The position numbers and the translations under genes were made by a program. This document shows, one piece after another, positions 8,789-18,117 of a stretch of DNA of 64,000 nucleotides (within the stretch, counting starts at the first letter, position 1; each line of letters begins with the position of its first letter). This DNA comes from a virus. The notes beneath the pieces are model-generated. The model worked only from the letters and a program-made list of their open reading frames with translations, did no database searches and was not told the DNA's origin. The stretch is from the IMG/VR virus record IMGVR_UViG_3300043028_000007, positions 3,899 to 67,898 of that record. One strand, written 5' to 3'.

Positions 8789-9268
8789 TTATACGTATTT
8801 TGTTATTATCTTGATAATGTTAGGAGTAAATATACTTCGCAATATAGGTTCTTCTGGTAATAGATTTTCTACAAAGCCCAATAGACACCACCGATCTTCT
8901 GTAGTCAGATATCTCAGATATATATCTAAAGATCTTATACCTCCTTCTGATTCCCTATAATAATTCAACATGATAGCATCATAATCGTATTTGGAAAAAG
9001 TATAACTACTTTGAGAAAATATCGATTCTTCTATCTTTTCACTTACATACACTTCAAAACTGAATGTATTTAAATGTTTATTAGATCTGTTACATGACTG
9101 TACTTCTTTTTTGGGTATGCCATCTTTTTCCCACACATTAGCTATAGAATCGCGTATAAATCCGTGCCTATCCTTATGTTGATTATAGAGAGCACAGAAC
9201 AATTCCCTCCCATCTTCTTTCTTAATTATTGGATTAGTATGACATAATTTGCGAATTACGTTTTCCAT
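8789..9268 (-). CDS. Hypothetical protein
   Basis: 159-aa ORF with RBS, co-oriented with the 156-aa ORF upstream. Confidence 0.7.
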   Translation of the reverse strand: MENVIRKLCHTNPIIKKEDGRELFCALYNQHKDRHGFIRDSIANVWEKDGIPKKEVQSCNRSNKHLNTFSFEVYVSEKIEESIFSQSSYTFSKYDYDAIMLNYYRESEGGIRSLDIYLRYLTTEDRWCLLGFVENLLPEEPILRSIFTPNIIKIITKYV

Positions 9269-9291
9269 TTAAAACTTGGCCTTTCTTTGTA

Positions 9292-9762
9292 TTAAACTCC
9301 GTTGTATACGGAACCTATTTTTGTAAATCCTTTTAACCAGATACAAGAAACGGGCTCATTGACATAAATATCTTTCCCTATGTGATAAATATTAAAATCC
9401 TTAATAGTGTACGTGGACCACCAAAGTTTTGGTAAGAACTTCCTCATCGAATTTGGTATTTTATCAAGCTTTGTATTGTTTTGCTCTATTCGTATTTGCC
9501 AGAAAGAATTTACTTTATCCAGAATTAGCTCGATCTTATTATCATCTATACAAAGTCTGCAGAATAACTGGTTTTCAACAGCTCTGATTATGGTTTCGTC
9601 TACAATATAAAGTAATTTATTTTCATTCTCTATTACAAAATAATCAGGAAATACTCCTATTAAAAAGTCTTTAAACTCTTGAGTTTCCCAATAAGACTTT
9701 ATTTCTTCAAATAATTGCTTCCCAGCGTTAGTGTCCATAGTTTTAGTAAACATGAGTGACAT
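9292..9762 (-). CDS. Hypothetical protein (early gene)
   Basis: 156-aa ORF with AAGGAG RBS, downstream of the early promoter at 9804-9823. Confidence 0.7.
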   Translation of the reverse strand: MSLMFTKTMDTNAGKQLFEEIKSYWETQEFKDFLIGVFPDYFVIENENKLLYIVDETIIRAVENQLFCRLCIDDNKIELILDKVNSFWQIRIEQNNTKLDKIPNSMRKFLPKLWWSTYTIKDFNIYHIGKDIYVNEPVSCIWLKGFTKIGSVYNGV

Positions 9763-9803
9763 AACTTCTCCTTAATATTAGTAATATGTAGTATACTAAT
9801 GCA

Positions 9804-9823
9804 ATAATATATACTTTAAAAAT
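9804..9823 (-). promoter_or_regulatory. phiKZ-type early promoter
   Basis: Minus strand ATTTTTAAAGTATATATTAT. Confidence 0.6.
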
Positions 9824-9832
9824 CATAGAATA

Positions 9833-9856
9833 ACGGGCATGGGAAACCATGCCCGT
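9833..9856. terminator. Intrinsic terminator hairpin
   Basis: 10-bp GC-rich stem ACGGGCATGG/CCATGCCCGT after the structural operon. Confidence 0.7.
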
Positions 9857-9873
9857 ATTATTTATTCGATATA

Positions 9874-11520
9874 TTATCCTTGGTATCCTAAAGGACTCGT
9901 GTATACATCTACTGGTACACCATATATAACTTTATATTCATCTTGTTCGTATTTTAAAAACTCGATAACGATGGTATTACCTACTAACCTACTTGGGTCA
10001 TCGTTTATTACAGGATACCATATTTGTAAATATTCATCCACAGATAATGGAGAAGAAACTACTGAATTTGTATTAAGATCCCTGACTATAAAGTGAGTTG
10101 GTTCTACTGGACCTATTTCTGTATTAACGTCATACGGAGGATTACTATTATAATAAAACGACTCAAGGAAAGCCTCTTTATTACCAAACCGATTAGTAGA
10201 AATAAAGTATCCTTTTCTGACATCGTCATAATGTACCATAGGTCTTCTAGAACTAGAAGAATCTACACCATAAACGATATTAGTTATCTCAGCATCTTTA
10301 AGTATATATCTTTCAGTTCCTGTACTTGGATGATTTAATCGTATCCATATATTTTGTACATGTTCCATATGATCGTCTATATCGAATATTTCTTTTAGAT
10401 CTATCATACACTCTAATTTCTGTGTACGATTAAATTCCGATAGATCATATTCGTTAAGTATAGTTACATAATCAGTAACGTCTACCATATTAGTCTTGTC
10501 TACAGTATATGCCCAAAACTTAAGTTCGTATGATTGAGTAGTCTGTATCCATTTTGGTATAGCCGCTAATTTTATTCCACTATAAGTACTATTAGGTAAT
10601 ATGACTATATCTTTTTCAACAACAACATATCTATTATTTCCATTACTAATCGCATTGCTGGCATTTTGTTCTGTTCTTAAAAAATATTTACACATGATAG
10701 TTTGTTTCAATCCAGGGAAAGAAGATACTAAATCCTCAAAACCATATAAGTAACAAACTTGATTATCTATAGGCAAGGCCACTCTCTTGCCTGTATTATA
10801 AACTAAAGTAGGAGTAAGATTCAGGGCTGATTTATCCTGCTGGTTATATAGATAAAACCCATCATTCATTTTTTGGTTTCCTTCTAATAGGAAATCAGTA
10901 ATAATAGGAGTCTTATCGTATGTATTTGATATAGCAGCTCTTTTTGAAAACAATACTATTTCAGCACACTGAGTTCCACTAGAATCGAAGATATCCATAT
11001 AGATAGTCTCATTATTTTGTAGAACTATATGCGTATGACAATTCGATGGGTATTTATAACCACTATTAGTATATGATAACATGGGTATACGATCACCTTG
11101 ATAGTTACCATCACTATCGTAATATACAGAAAGTATTTGATCTTCTCCGGTATCATATATTTTTCTTCTTAGCCTATACTCCTTAGTAGTTGGCATAAAG
11201 ATATTCAATAGGCTATCTATATTTATCTTAATAGGATTAACTCTATCGTCATAGAAACAGAAAAATTTATTATTTCCATAATCTATATTACTATATGTTT
11301 CTTCATCAGATACCATAGATAATGGCACATATTTAGACTTATTAGTTTCTGGATCTAGTTCCGTTACTATATAAGCATATCGTTTGTTGTCATCGGTTTC
11401 TATAAGTATAGAACCGATGGATGGTATTATTTGTCCATTGCTATCTGGATCATCTGGTTTATATAGATCCTCCATTTTTATTATATCGGGTCGTTTGTCC
11501 CCAAACAATATATTAGTCAT
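9874..11520 (-). CDS. Virion structural protein (phiKZ gp26-like)
   Basis: 548 aa. Third gene of the minus-strand block that diverges from the sheath gene, as in the phiKZ gp26-27-28/gp29-30 arrangement. Confidence 0.65.
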   Translation of the reverse strand: MTNILFGDKRPDIIKMEDLYKPDDPDSNGQIIPSIGSILIETDDNKRYAYIVTELDPETNKSKYVPLSMVSDEETYSNIDYGNNKFFCFYDDRVNPIKINIDSLLNIFMPTTKEYRLRRKIYDTGEDQILSVYYDSDGNYQGDRIPMLSYTNSGYKYPSNCHTHIVLQNNETIYMDIFDSSGTQCAEIVLFSKRAAISNTYDKTPIITDFLLEGNQKMNDGFYLYNQQDKSALNLTPTLVYNTGKRVALPIDNQVCYLYGFEDLVSSFPGLKQTIMCKYFLRTEQNASNAISNGNNRYVVVEKDIVILPNSTYSGIKLAAIPKWIQTTQSYELKFWAYTVDKTNMVDVTDYVTILNEYDLSEFNRTQKLECMIDLKEIFDIDDHMEHVQNIWIRLNHPSTGTERYILKDAEITNIVYGVDSSSSRRPMVHYDDVRKGYFISTNRFGNKEAFLESFYYNSNPPYDVNTEIGPVEPTHFIVRDLNTNSVVSSPLSVDEYLQIWYPVINDDPSRLVGNTIVIEFLKYEQDEYKVIYGVPVDVYTSPLGYQG

Positions 11521-14122
11521 TTACAGTTACTCCTGATTGGTTAGTATCGTTTGTAAAAATATATTCATATAACTTAAGTATGATATTTCTTTTGTTTATA
11601 TCAGGTATATTCAAAGTTGTATAATTTGGTCTTATATCTATATATTTTAGATCTACTCTATTCTCATTATCGAATAACAAATCATAAGCTTTTATATAGT
11701 CATAGTCTTTCAATTGTTTTACCATGTTCTTAACTATGGGATCGTAACTTATTTTAATCTCATCGTTTAAAATACCATTGAGTATAAGATTGAAATAACT
11801 ACTCATGATAACATGACTATGTTCAAGTATTACTTGAGGAATATCTATCTCAGATTGTTTAAGATATTTAGTTATATTCGATATGATACTGATATCATGT
11901 TCGTATATATGAGAAGGAATTATTGTTTCGTATTCGATAGGAACATCCGTACTTATTTCAAAAGGAGCTCCGTTTCTGTAATTCGAACTTAATGGGACTT
12001 CAGTCCCTACTCCTCCTATATCAGTTTCTATATATCCATCGATATGTGCTACACTTATACCACGTATAATGATGTCTATATCACTATCGTGAGATAAAGT
12101 ATTGTCTATTACATATCCTATATCTTTATTATGAGTTTTTAATGTAGATACATATATCTCCAATATATTGGGACCATCGTCATTACAATAACTCAAGTTC
12201 TGTATAATTAGGTCACAACTAACTATATGGTTTTCATGACAAATTATATTAGTCTTATAATCGATTCCTTCAATTAGATATTTGTTATTTAAATATACAT
12301 ATAGGTTATTGTAATTGAGTATAGGAAAAGTTGTAGTCTGATTTATATCTGACTTAATAAGCGGAATTATAAATGATTTAGATTCATCTATATACGGAGA
12401 CAGATCTATTTCCCGTACATATGAATAAGTATTATAAACTGATACAAAAGTTTTACCATAGCTGTTAAGACCAAAGCGAATAATATATTTATTGGTTTCT
12501 ACATCGTTAGTTATGACTATATTTCTAGCATCTAAATCGACCTCTTTCCAACCAATGTTGTAGTTATTATAAGGACCTACTATGGTCGTATCTAAATCAA
12601 CTTTCTCATATAGTTTAAAAGATTTATTATTTGGTATATGGAAAATATGGTTATCTAAACTTGGTTCCAATATATAGTTATCTGGATTACCATTAGGTAA
12701 TAGAATTATATCTACGAGATCGTCATTAGTTCTATGTACATTTTCTTTAATATGGACCATGAACCAATCTAGATAGTTCTGATAAACGATATTTTTATGA
12801 GATATCTTTTTATGATTAAGATATACCAAAGGTATTATATTTTCATTATCCCATATCCATGGTCTAACGAAGTATTGATAATTGTAGTCTAGATTATCTC
12901 TATAAGAAATTAATCTATCACATATTAATCTCAACGTATTGAAATAACCTAACTCTTGTATATATTGATCGACATTATCTGTCGTTATCGGGTTACATCT
13001 TAATAGATTTTTAGTTATCAGAGATTTTTCTAATACAGACGCTTTCCAAAACCAAAGATTAGTACTATCTATTTGTCCTAATAAGTGGCTGAGGATCTCT
13101 TCGTCTGTTTGTGTATCGTAAAGAATATCCCAATAGTACCCATTACTGAATAGAGAGTTGTCTTTTTCATATGTTCTAAGTTTTACGTTTACATACACGC
13201 TTTCATCAGAAATAAGGTCTTTATGAGCATCTACTATGTATCTTGGTATAGAAAAATCGTTATGTGTTATTTGATCTATAGTCTTATCCGAGGTAGTATG
13301 TATATAGGTACCCATATGGGTATTTGAACCCCTTATAAAGAAATCACAAGTATCATGAGTTATAACTGTATGACTATACCCTAAATCTTTTGGTATATGT
13401 ACGATTTCTTTATATAAAGCATCTCTTTCGCTATAGTAAATATGTGGATCATTTGTTATATGAACATCAAATTCTCCTACTATATTTTTATCTATAATAA
13501 TATCGACATTATTATTTTGGCTATTCACTATCTTATCGTAACGAACACTATATCCATTTATAAAACACATTAACTGATGTTTTTGTTCACCACATATATT
13601 AGGTATATAGTCTAGATTATTCCTGGTATAATAATTGCTGTATATAGTGACTCTATCATTAACTGTACTATCTATATGAAATGAACCATATATATCCCTA
13701 TTAGTATCTCCAAAGTTTTTTAAAAGAGATCTATCGATAGCTATGGTAATGATATTGCTGTTTTTAACTAAATATACGAATACTCCTGACTTATTATGTA
13801 TTCTACCAACATGACTATAAGTATGTAAAATAACATTATATTTATTACATAGATCTACAGCGTCTATCCATTCGCCATGTGGTACATTGTCCATTCCATC
13901 GATATAGTCTTTATTTGCTCTATATATATGAAAAGATACATTGGGTTTGGGTAATAACAATCCTTCGTTACCTAAAAAACAAAACCCAACGTATCCTTTA
14001 CCTTTATTGATAGCTTGTGTCCTTATATTGACTGGGAACTCAGATTTTGTTTCATTCCAAATATTTTTAAAATAAAAATGATTGAGTAATCGAGTAACTT
14101 CCCGTTTATTTAAATCTCCCAT
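11513..14122 (-). CDS. Virion structural/baseplate protein (phiKZ gp27-like)
   Basis: 869 aa. Synteny with the sheath block. Recalled motifs QITHNDFSIP and LYVYLNNKYLIEGIDY. Confidence 0.65.
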   Translation of the reverse strand: MGDLNKREVTRLLNHFYFKNIWNETKSEFPVNIRTQAINKGKGYVGFCFLGNEGLLLPKPNVSFHIYRANKDYIDGMDNVPHGEWIDAVDLCNKYNVILHTYSHVGRIHNKSGVFVYLVKNSNIITIAIDRSLLKNFGDTNRDIYGSFHIDSTVNDRVTIYSNYYTRNNLDYIPNICGEQKHQLMCFINGYSVRYDKIVNSQNNNVDIIIDKNIVGEFDVHITNDPHIYYSERDALYKEIVHIPKDLGYSHTVITHDTCDFFIRGSNTHMGTYIHTTSDKTIDQITHNDFSIPRYIVDAHKDLISDESVYVNVKLRTYEKDNSLFSNGYYWDILYDTQTDEEILSHLLGQIDSTNLWFWKASVLEKSLITKNLLRCNPITTDNVDQYIQELGYFNTLRLICDRLISYRDNLDYNYQYFVRPWIWDNENIIPLVYLNHKKISHKNIVYQNYLDWFMVHIKENVHRTNDDLVDIILLPNGNPDNYILEPSLDNHIFHIPNNKSFKLYEKVDLDTTIVGPYNNYNIGWKEVDLDARNIVITNDVETNKYIIRFGLNSYGKTFVSVYNTYSYVREIDLSPYIDESKSFIIPLIKSDINQTTTFPILNYNNLYVYLNNKYLIEGIDYKTNIICHENHIVSCDLIIQNLSYCNDDGPNILEIYVSTLKTHNKDIGYVIDNTLSHDSDIDIIIRGISVAHIDGYIETDIGGVGTEVPLSSNYRNGAPFEISTDVPIEYETIIPSHIYEHDISIISNITKYLKQSEIDIPQVILEHSHVIMSSYFNLILNGILNDEIKISYDPIVKNMVKQLKDYDYIKAYDLLFDNENRVDLKYIDIRPNYTTLNIPDINKRNIILKLYEYIFTNDTNQSGVTVND

Positions 14123-14131
14123 AATTGTTCC

Positions 14132-15169
14132 TTATATAGTGGGTATGAAATTTCTACTCTTATTTAGGCTCTCTGCGAAGCCTAGGGATTCTTTCTTTAA
14201 ATCACCTATGTTTTTAAGCTTCATTGCTAAACTAGATTTAGCTCCGCTTAGAGCATTTAGAATAGCATGTGCCCATAGAGGCGGATATTCTAATGAAAGA
14301 ACATTACTCATAGGTTTGGTACTATTTAGTCCTTGACAGATGTTGTATAGTTTATTTGGCATAAAAGTATCGAGGCGATTAATCATTTTGGCTATAAGTT
14401 CACAACATCTAACTATACTTAGATCTAGATCATCTCCAAGATGTTCTTGTATTTGATCAAAAGTATCTTTTACTTGGATACGATTACCCAAATGTGTCGA
14501 TAGATTTAATGCTCTATTAGGAAGATCTTTTGGATTCGGGTTGTCGTAACACATTTGATGAAAGTAAATAGTAAAAATCGTTGCTATTATTAACTGCTGA
14601 TTATAATCGAGATTATAGGTTTTCGATATTAGCGAAGATATTATCATACTATAAGATTTCGCTAGGTAATTGATAAGATCGGGTGATAACCAATCAACAG
14701 AATTATAATAAGACCGAATTAACAAGCCTTTTACAATCTCAGATTGGATTCCAGGCATATCATTCGCTTCCATAGTTTTAGATTTAAGGTACTGTGTAAA
14801 ATTTAACACTATTTTATCTGTAAATTCTGGTAAAGCGTTAATAGAATTATAGACATTACTATTTATGTCTTTTATTTGTAGTATATCGAATACGAAAAGG
14901 TCTGTAGTTACAAATTCAGGTACAGATGCACTTGAACTACCTATTTTAATAGGAGCAAATTTATCAAGTACACCATCTCTAACTGCTGTTTCGAATATAG
15001 CTTTCATAGCAGTATTGGTCAGTACATTTGTTCTATAAATACTATTTATATCTTCAGTTGTTATTCTAAAATTTCTATTATCGATCAAAAATTTGGCTAA
15101 AAGAGGCAATTGATCTGCTACATTATAAAAATTATATGCAGTAGTTTCAAAAATATTAATATGTTTCAT
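14132..15169 (-). CDS. Conserved jumbo-phage protein (phiKZ gp28-like)
   Basis: 345 aa, divergently transcribed from the sheath gene. Motif SLEYPPLW. Confidence 0.6.
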   Translation of the reverse strand: MKHINIFETTAYNFYNVADQLPLLAKFLIDNRNFRITTEDINSIYRTNVLTNTAMKAIFETAVRDGVLDKFAPIKIGSSSASVPEFVTTDLFVFDILQIKDINSNVYNSINALPEFTDKIVLNFTQYLKSKTMEANDMPGIQSEIVKGLLIRSYYNSVDWLSPDLINYLAKSYSMIISSLISKTYNLDYNQQLIIATIFTIYFHQMCYDNPNPKDLPNRALNLSTHLGNRIQVKDTFDQIQEHLGDDLDLSIVRCCELIAKMINRLDTFMPNKLYNICQGLNSTKPMSNVLSLEYPPLWAHAILNALSGAKSSLAMKLKNIGDLKKESLGFAESLNKSRNFIPTI

Positions 15170-15235
15170 TTTGGCCTTCCCAGTCGTATTTAAAGGTTAA
15201 AGTGATTATAAAATAGTTAATCTAAGGAGAAAAAA

Positions 15236-17185
15236 ATGACAAATAGAAAAACTTTTCCTCATCTAAAATTCAATGTTAAAGATGAGACGGTTGTTGATGT
15301 ACCTGTCATAAATGAAGATCCTCTCCACATCCCTATGTTCCTCGGTTTCGGAGGAAAAGGTAAGGGACTTCATATGGGCAACAAAACAGAATTAGCCGCT
15401 ATATTCGGAGAAGAGACTTTTGATGTAGATTCCAAACAATTTCATCTACCAAACTTATTTGCTAATTATGCATTGAGTACACAAAGAATTTTTTTCGGTA
15501 GACTAATACCAGACGATGCTAGTACACCGACAGCTGTACTTGAGCTTAAGGTTAAGAAAGACGTTCAGGTTACTCAATATGAAAGAGACGAATTCGGTGG
15601 TATTGTAGTAGATCTAGACGGCAATCCAGTTCCTAAACAAGAAGCAGGTCTCAATGTTACTGAGCCTGGAGTTGAACTTATCTGGCAAGTAAGAGAGCTT
15701 GAAGAAGATGAAGATTATATGGGTATAAACCCAGAAACGTCTATCGATGGATATACTACTTATCCAATGGTAGTTCTAACAGATACTTCACCTAATGCAT
15801 CTGGGAACTTCAGCGGCATAAAACTTTGGTCAGAAAAAGACGATACAGCTAAAGCTCTTGCCGATTCTGTAGGATCTGTACTTTATAAAGCAGGTTTCGT
15901 TGAAAGACCTTATGGGTATGACAATAGTCAAGCTATTATAGACTCTTTCATGAGTAGAGACTTTAGTTTCTCACCGATGCCAAATGCAAAAGACCCTGGA
16001 ACAGATCAGAGACTTACTATGGAAGATATCATTATAAATAATTACAATAACGATCTTCCATTCGAAGTGTTTGTATATGCTGAAAATTTTAAGTTAGTGG
16101 GCGATGCTGTTCTTGAATACGAAACAAACGAAACTGAAATTACAGACGGTTGGATGATGGACATCGTTTCTGGTACAGACTTTGATGACAATCCTTATCA
16201 TCATGTAATATTCGGTGAAAACTCTCTATATATGGACGAGAACGTTATCCACTATATGAGAGGTGGTTCCGATGGTACAATGACTACTGAAACACTCGAA
16301 GAACTCACCAGGGAATTCCTAGGAGGACATACTCTTCCTGAAATCGTCGATAGTGACAGGTACCCAATTACACATATTTATGACGTCGGATATAGTTTAG
16401 AAACTAAAGAAGCTATAATCGATTTTCATGGCATTAGAACACATGGTCTTAAGTCATATATATCAACACAGGACTGCTCAAGACCATGGAATAGTATGGC
16501 ACAAGATGTAAGTACTGGAACTTCTCTTAGAGGTAAACTACTTCTACATCCAGATAGTCTTATATTCGGAACACAGATGCATCGATCTACTATATTAGGT
16601 CAGGCAGGCTATCTCAATAACAGTACTTATAACAAACTTGTTCCTGCTACTTTAGATGCGCTTATCAAAAACTGTATGTATATGGGAGCTACTTATTATA
16701 AAGGTGCTCCTGAAGGTCTTCCAAGATCAGCTGTCGAAATATTCAGAGAAGTAAATTATTTCCCAGCAGGCGATGAAGCTAAACAGCTTCTTTGGAATAC
16801 AGGCGTCAATTATATGCAGTACTATAATAGAACAGGTTATCATTATGCAGATAAACGTACTATTTACCCAACTGAAAATTCAGTTTTATCATCAGATACT
16901 TTCTCCAATAAAATAACGCTACTATATCACCTATGTGCTAAAATTTGGCACAAGTATGTTGGCTTAACTACCGATCCCGCATTACTATATGGCGATATTG
17001 AAAACGATATAGCTCAGACAGTCAATGAGAAGTTCTCTACTTATCTTACTGTTGTACCTAGAGTATATCAAACAATTACAGACAAAGCTCTCGGTTACCA
17101 AACTAGTATAGAAATAGCTGTTTATGGAGATTTTCCACAGAGAGTATTTAACTTCATCATACCTGTCCGTAGACGAGTATCTTAA
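15236..17185 (+). CDS. Tail sheath protein (phiKZ gp29-like)
   Basis: 649 aa. Motifs PLHIP.F, IFGEETFD, RGGSDGTM, YPITHIYDVGYSLETK and GVNY. Followed by a tube-sized gene. Confidence 0.85.
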   Translation: MTNRKTFPHLKFNVKDETVVDVPVINEDPLHIPMFLGFGGKGKGLHMGNKTELAAIFGEETFDVDSKQFHLPNLFANYALSTQRIFFGRLIPDDASTPTAVLELKVKKDVQVTQYERDEFGGIVVDLDGNPVPKQEAGLNVTEPGVELIWQVRELEEDEDYMGINPETSIDGYTTYPMVVLTDTSPNASGNFSGIKLWSEKDDTAKALADSVGSVLYKAGFVERPYGYDNSQAIIDSFMSRDFSFSPMPNAKDPGTDQRLTMEDIIINNYNNDLPFEVFVYAENFKLVGDAVLEYETNETEITDGWMMDIVSGTDFDDNPYHHVIFGENSLYMDENVIHYMRGGSDGTMTTETLEELTREFLGGHTLPEIVDSDRYPITHIYDVGYSLETKEAIIDFHGIRTHGLKSYISTQDCSRPWNSMAQDVSTGTSLRGKLLLHPDSLIFGTQMHRSTILGQAGYLNNSTYNKLVPATLDALIKNCMYMGATYYKGAPEGLPRSAVEIFREVNYFPAGDEAKQLLWNTGVNYMQYYNRTGYHYADKRTIYPTENSVLSSDTFSNKITLLYHLCAKIWHKYVGLTTDPALLYGDIENDIAQTVNEKFSTYLTVVPRVYQTITDKALGYQTSIEIAVYGDFPQRVFNFIIPVRRRVS

Positions 17186-17196
17186 GGAGGAAAAAT

Positions 17197-18057
17197 ATGG
17201 CAATTCAAAATGATGCATTAATGCACGGCATTACTAAGCTCGGACATACGAGAGGTAATAAAGCAAATATAGTCAAGAGCGGGCAGTTAGGGATAGGTAA
17301 CCACCTGCCTAATATAGATGGTTTTACTCCAGAAGTATTTATGCCTACAGTAGCTGTAGTTACTCATACACCTACTATGTTCAAACATTTCGAATGGGCA
17401 GAGCCTATTCTTAAAGCACTGATCGAAAGACATGCTAAAGAAATCTCTGGCATTGATTTCGGATATACTATCGAAGCGGCTGGTACTATTGTTGGTCATG
17501 ATAAACAAGAACTACAGATGCCACTTATAAATTCAAGAACCGCTATATCGCCAAGTTATATATTTCAAGAACTTAAAGGTAACTTGGTATTTGATTTCTT
17601 CAAATTCTGGATGGATCTTATAAGGCACCCAGATACAGGCGGTTCAGCACTTGCATCTCTATTACAGGATACAGACGCTGAAGCTATTTCACCATTATTG
17701 ATTTCTTCATTCTGTATGGATGTTTATTTCATCCAATACGATATAACCTTAAGACCAGAAAATATTATCGATGCTTTTGCAGTTACTGCACAATGGCCAT
17801 ATGATACAGGTACATTTGGTCTTCAGAGAACAATCGGTGTTTCGCAGATGATGGATAGAACCATACCTATGTATGGTATTATGCAACATAATCAGAATAC
17901 TTATAATGCTGGTAGACATATAGCAGAAGTACTCAATATCCATAAAGCAGATTATTCACTATCTACGCCGATAGCTACTAAAATATCAGATAGATTATCT
18001 GACAAAGGTATATCTAAAGAAATAGAAGATATAGCAAATGAGTTCAAGGAAGTATAA
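17197..18057 (+). CDS. Tail tube protein (phiKZ gp30-like)
   Basis: 286 aa directly after the sheath gene. Motifs IKALIERH..ISGID and WMDLIRHPDT. Confidence 0.8.
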   Translation: MAIQNDALMHGITKLGHTRGNKANIVKSGQLGIGNHLPNIDGFTPEVFMPTVAVVTHTPTMFKHFEWAEPILKALIERHAKEISGIDFGYTIEAAGTIVGHDKQELQMPLINSRTAISPSYIFQELKGNLVFDFFKFWMDLIRHPDTGGSALASLLQDTDAEAISPLLISSFCMDVYFIQYDITLRPENIIDAFAVTAQWPYDTGTFGLQRTIGVSQMMDRTIPMYGIMQHNQNTYNAGRHIAEVLNIHKADYSLSTPIATKISDRLSDKGISKEIEDIANEFKEV

Positions 18058-18082
18058 ATAACAACGAAGATATAAGATAGAG

Positions 18083-18110
18083 GGAGTAGGGTCCACTTGG
18101 ACCCTACTCC
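18083..18110. terminator. Bidirectional intrinsic terminator
   Basis: 13-bp stem GGAGTAGGGTCCA/TGGACCCTACTCC between the convergent tube and portal genes. Confidence 0.8.
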
Positions 18111-18117
18111 TATCTAT

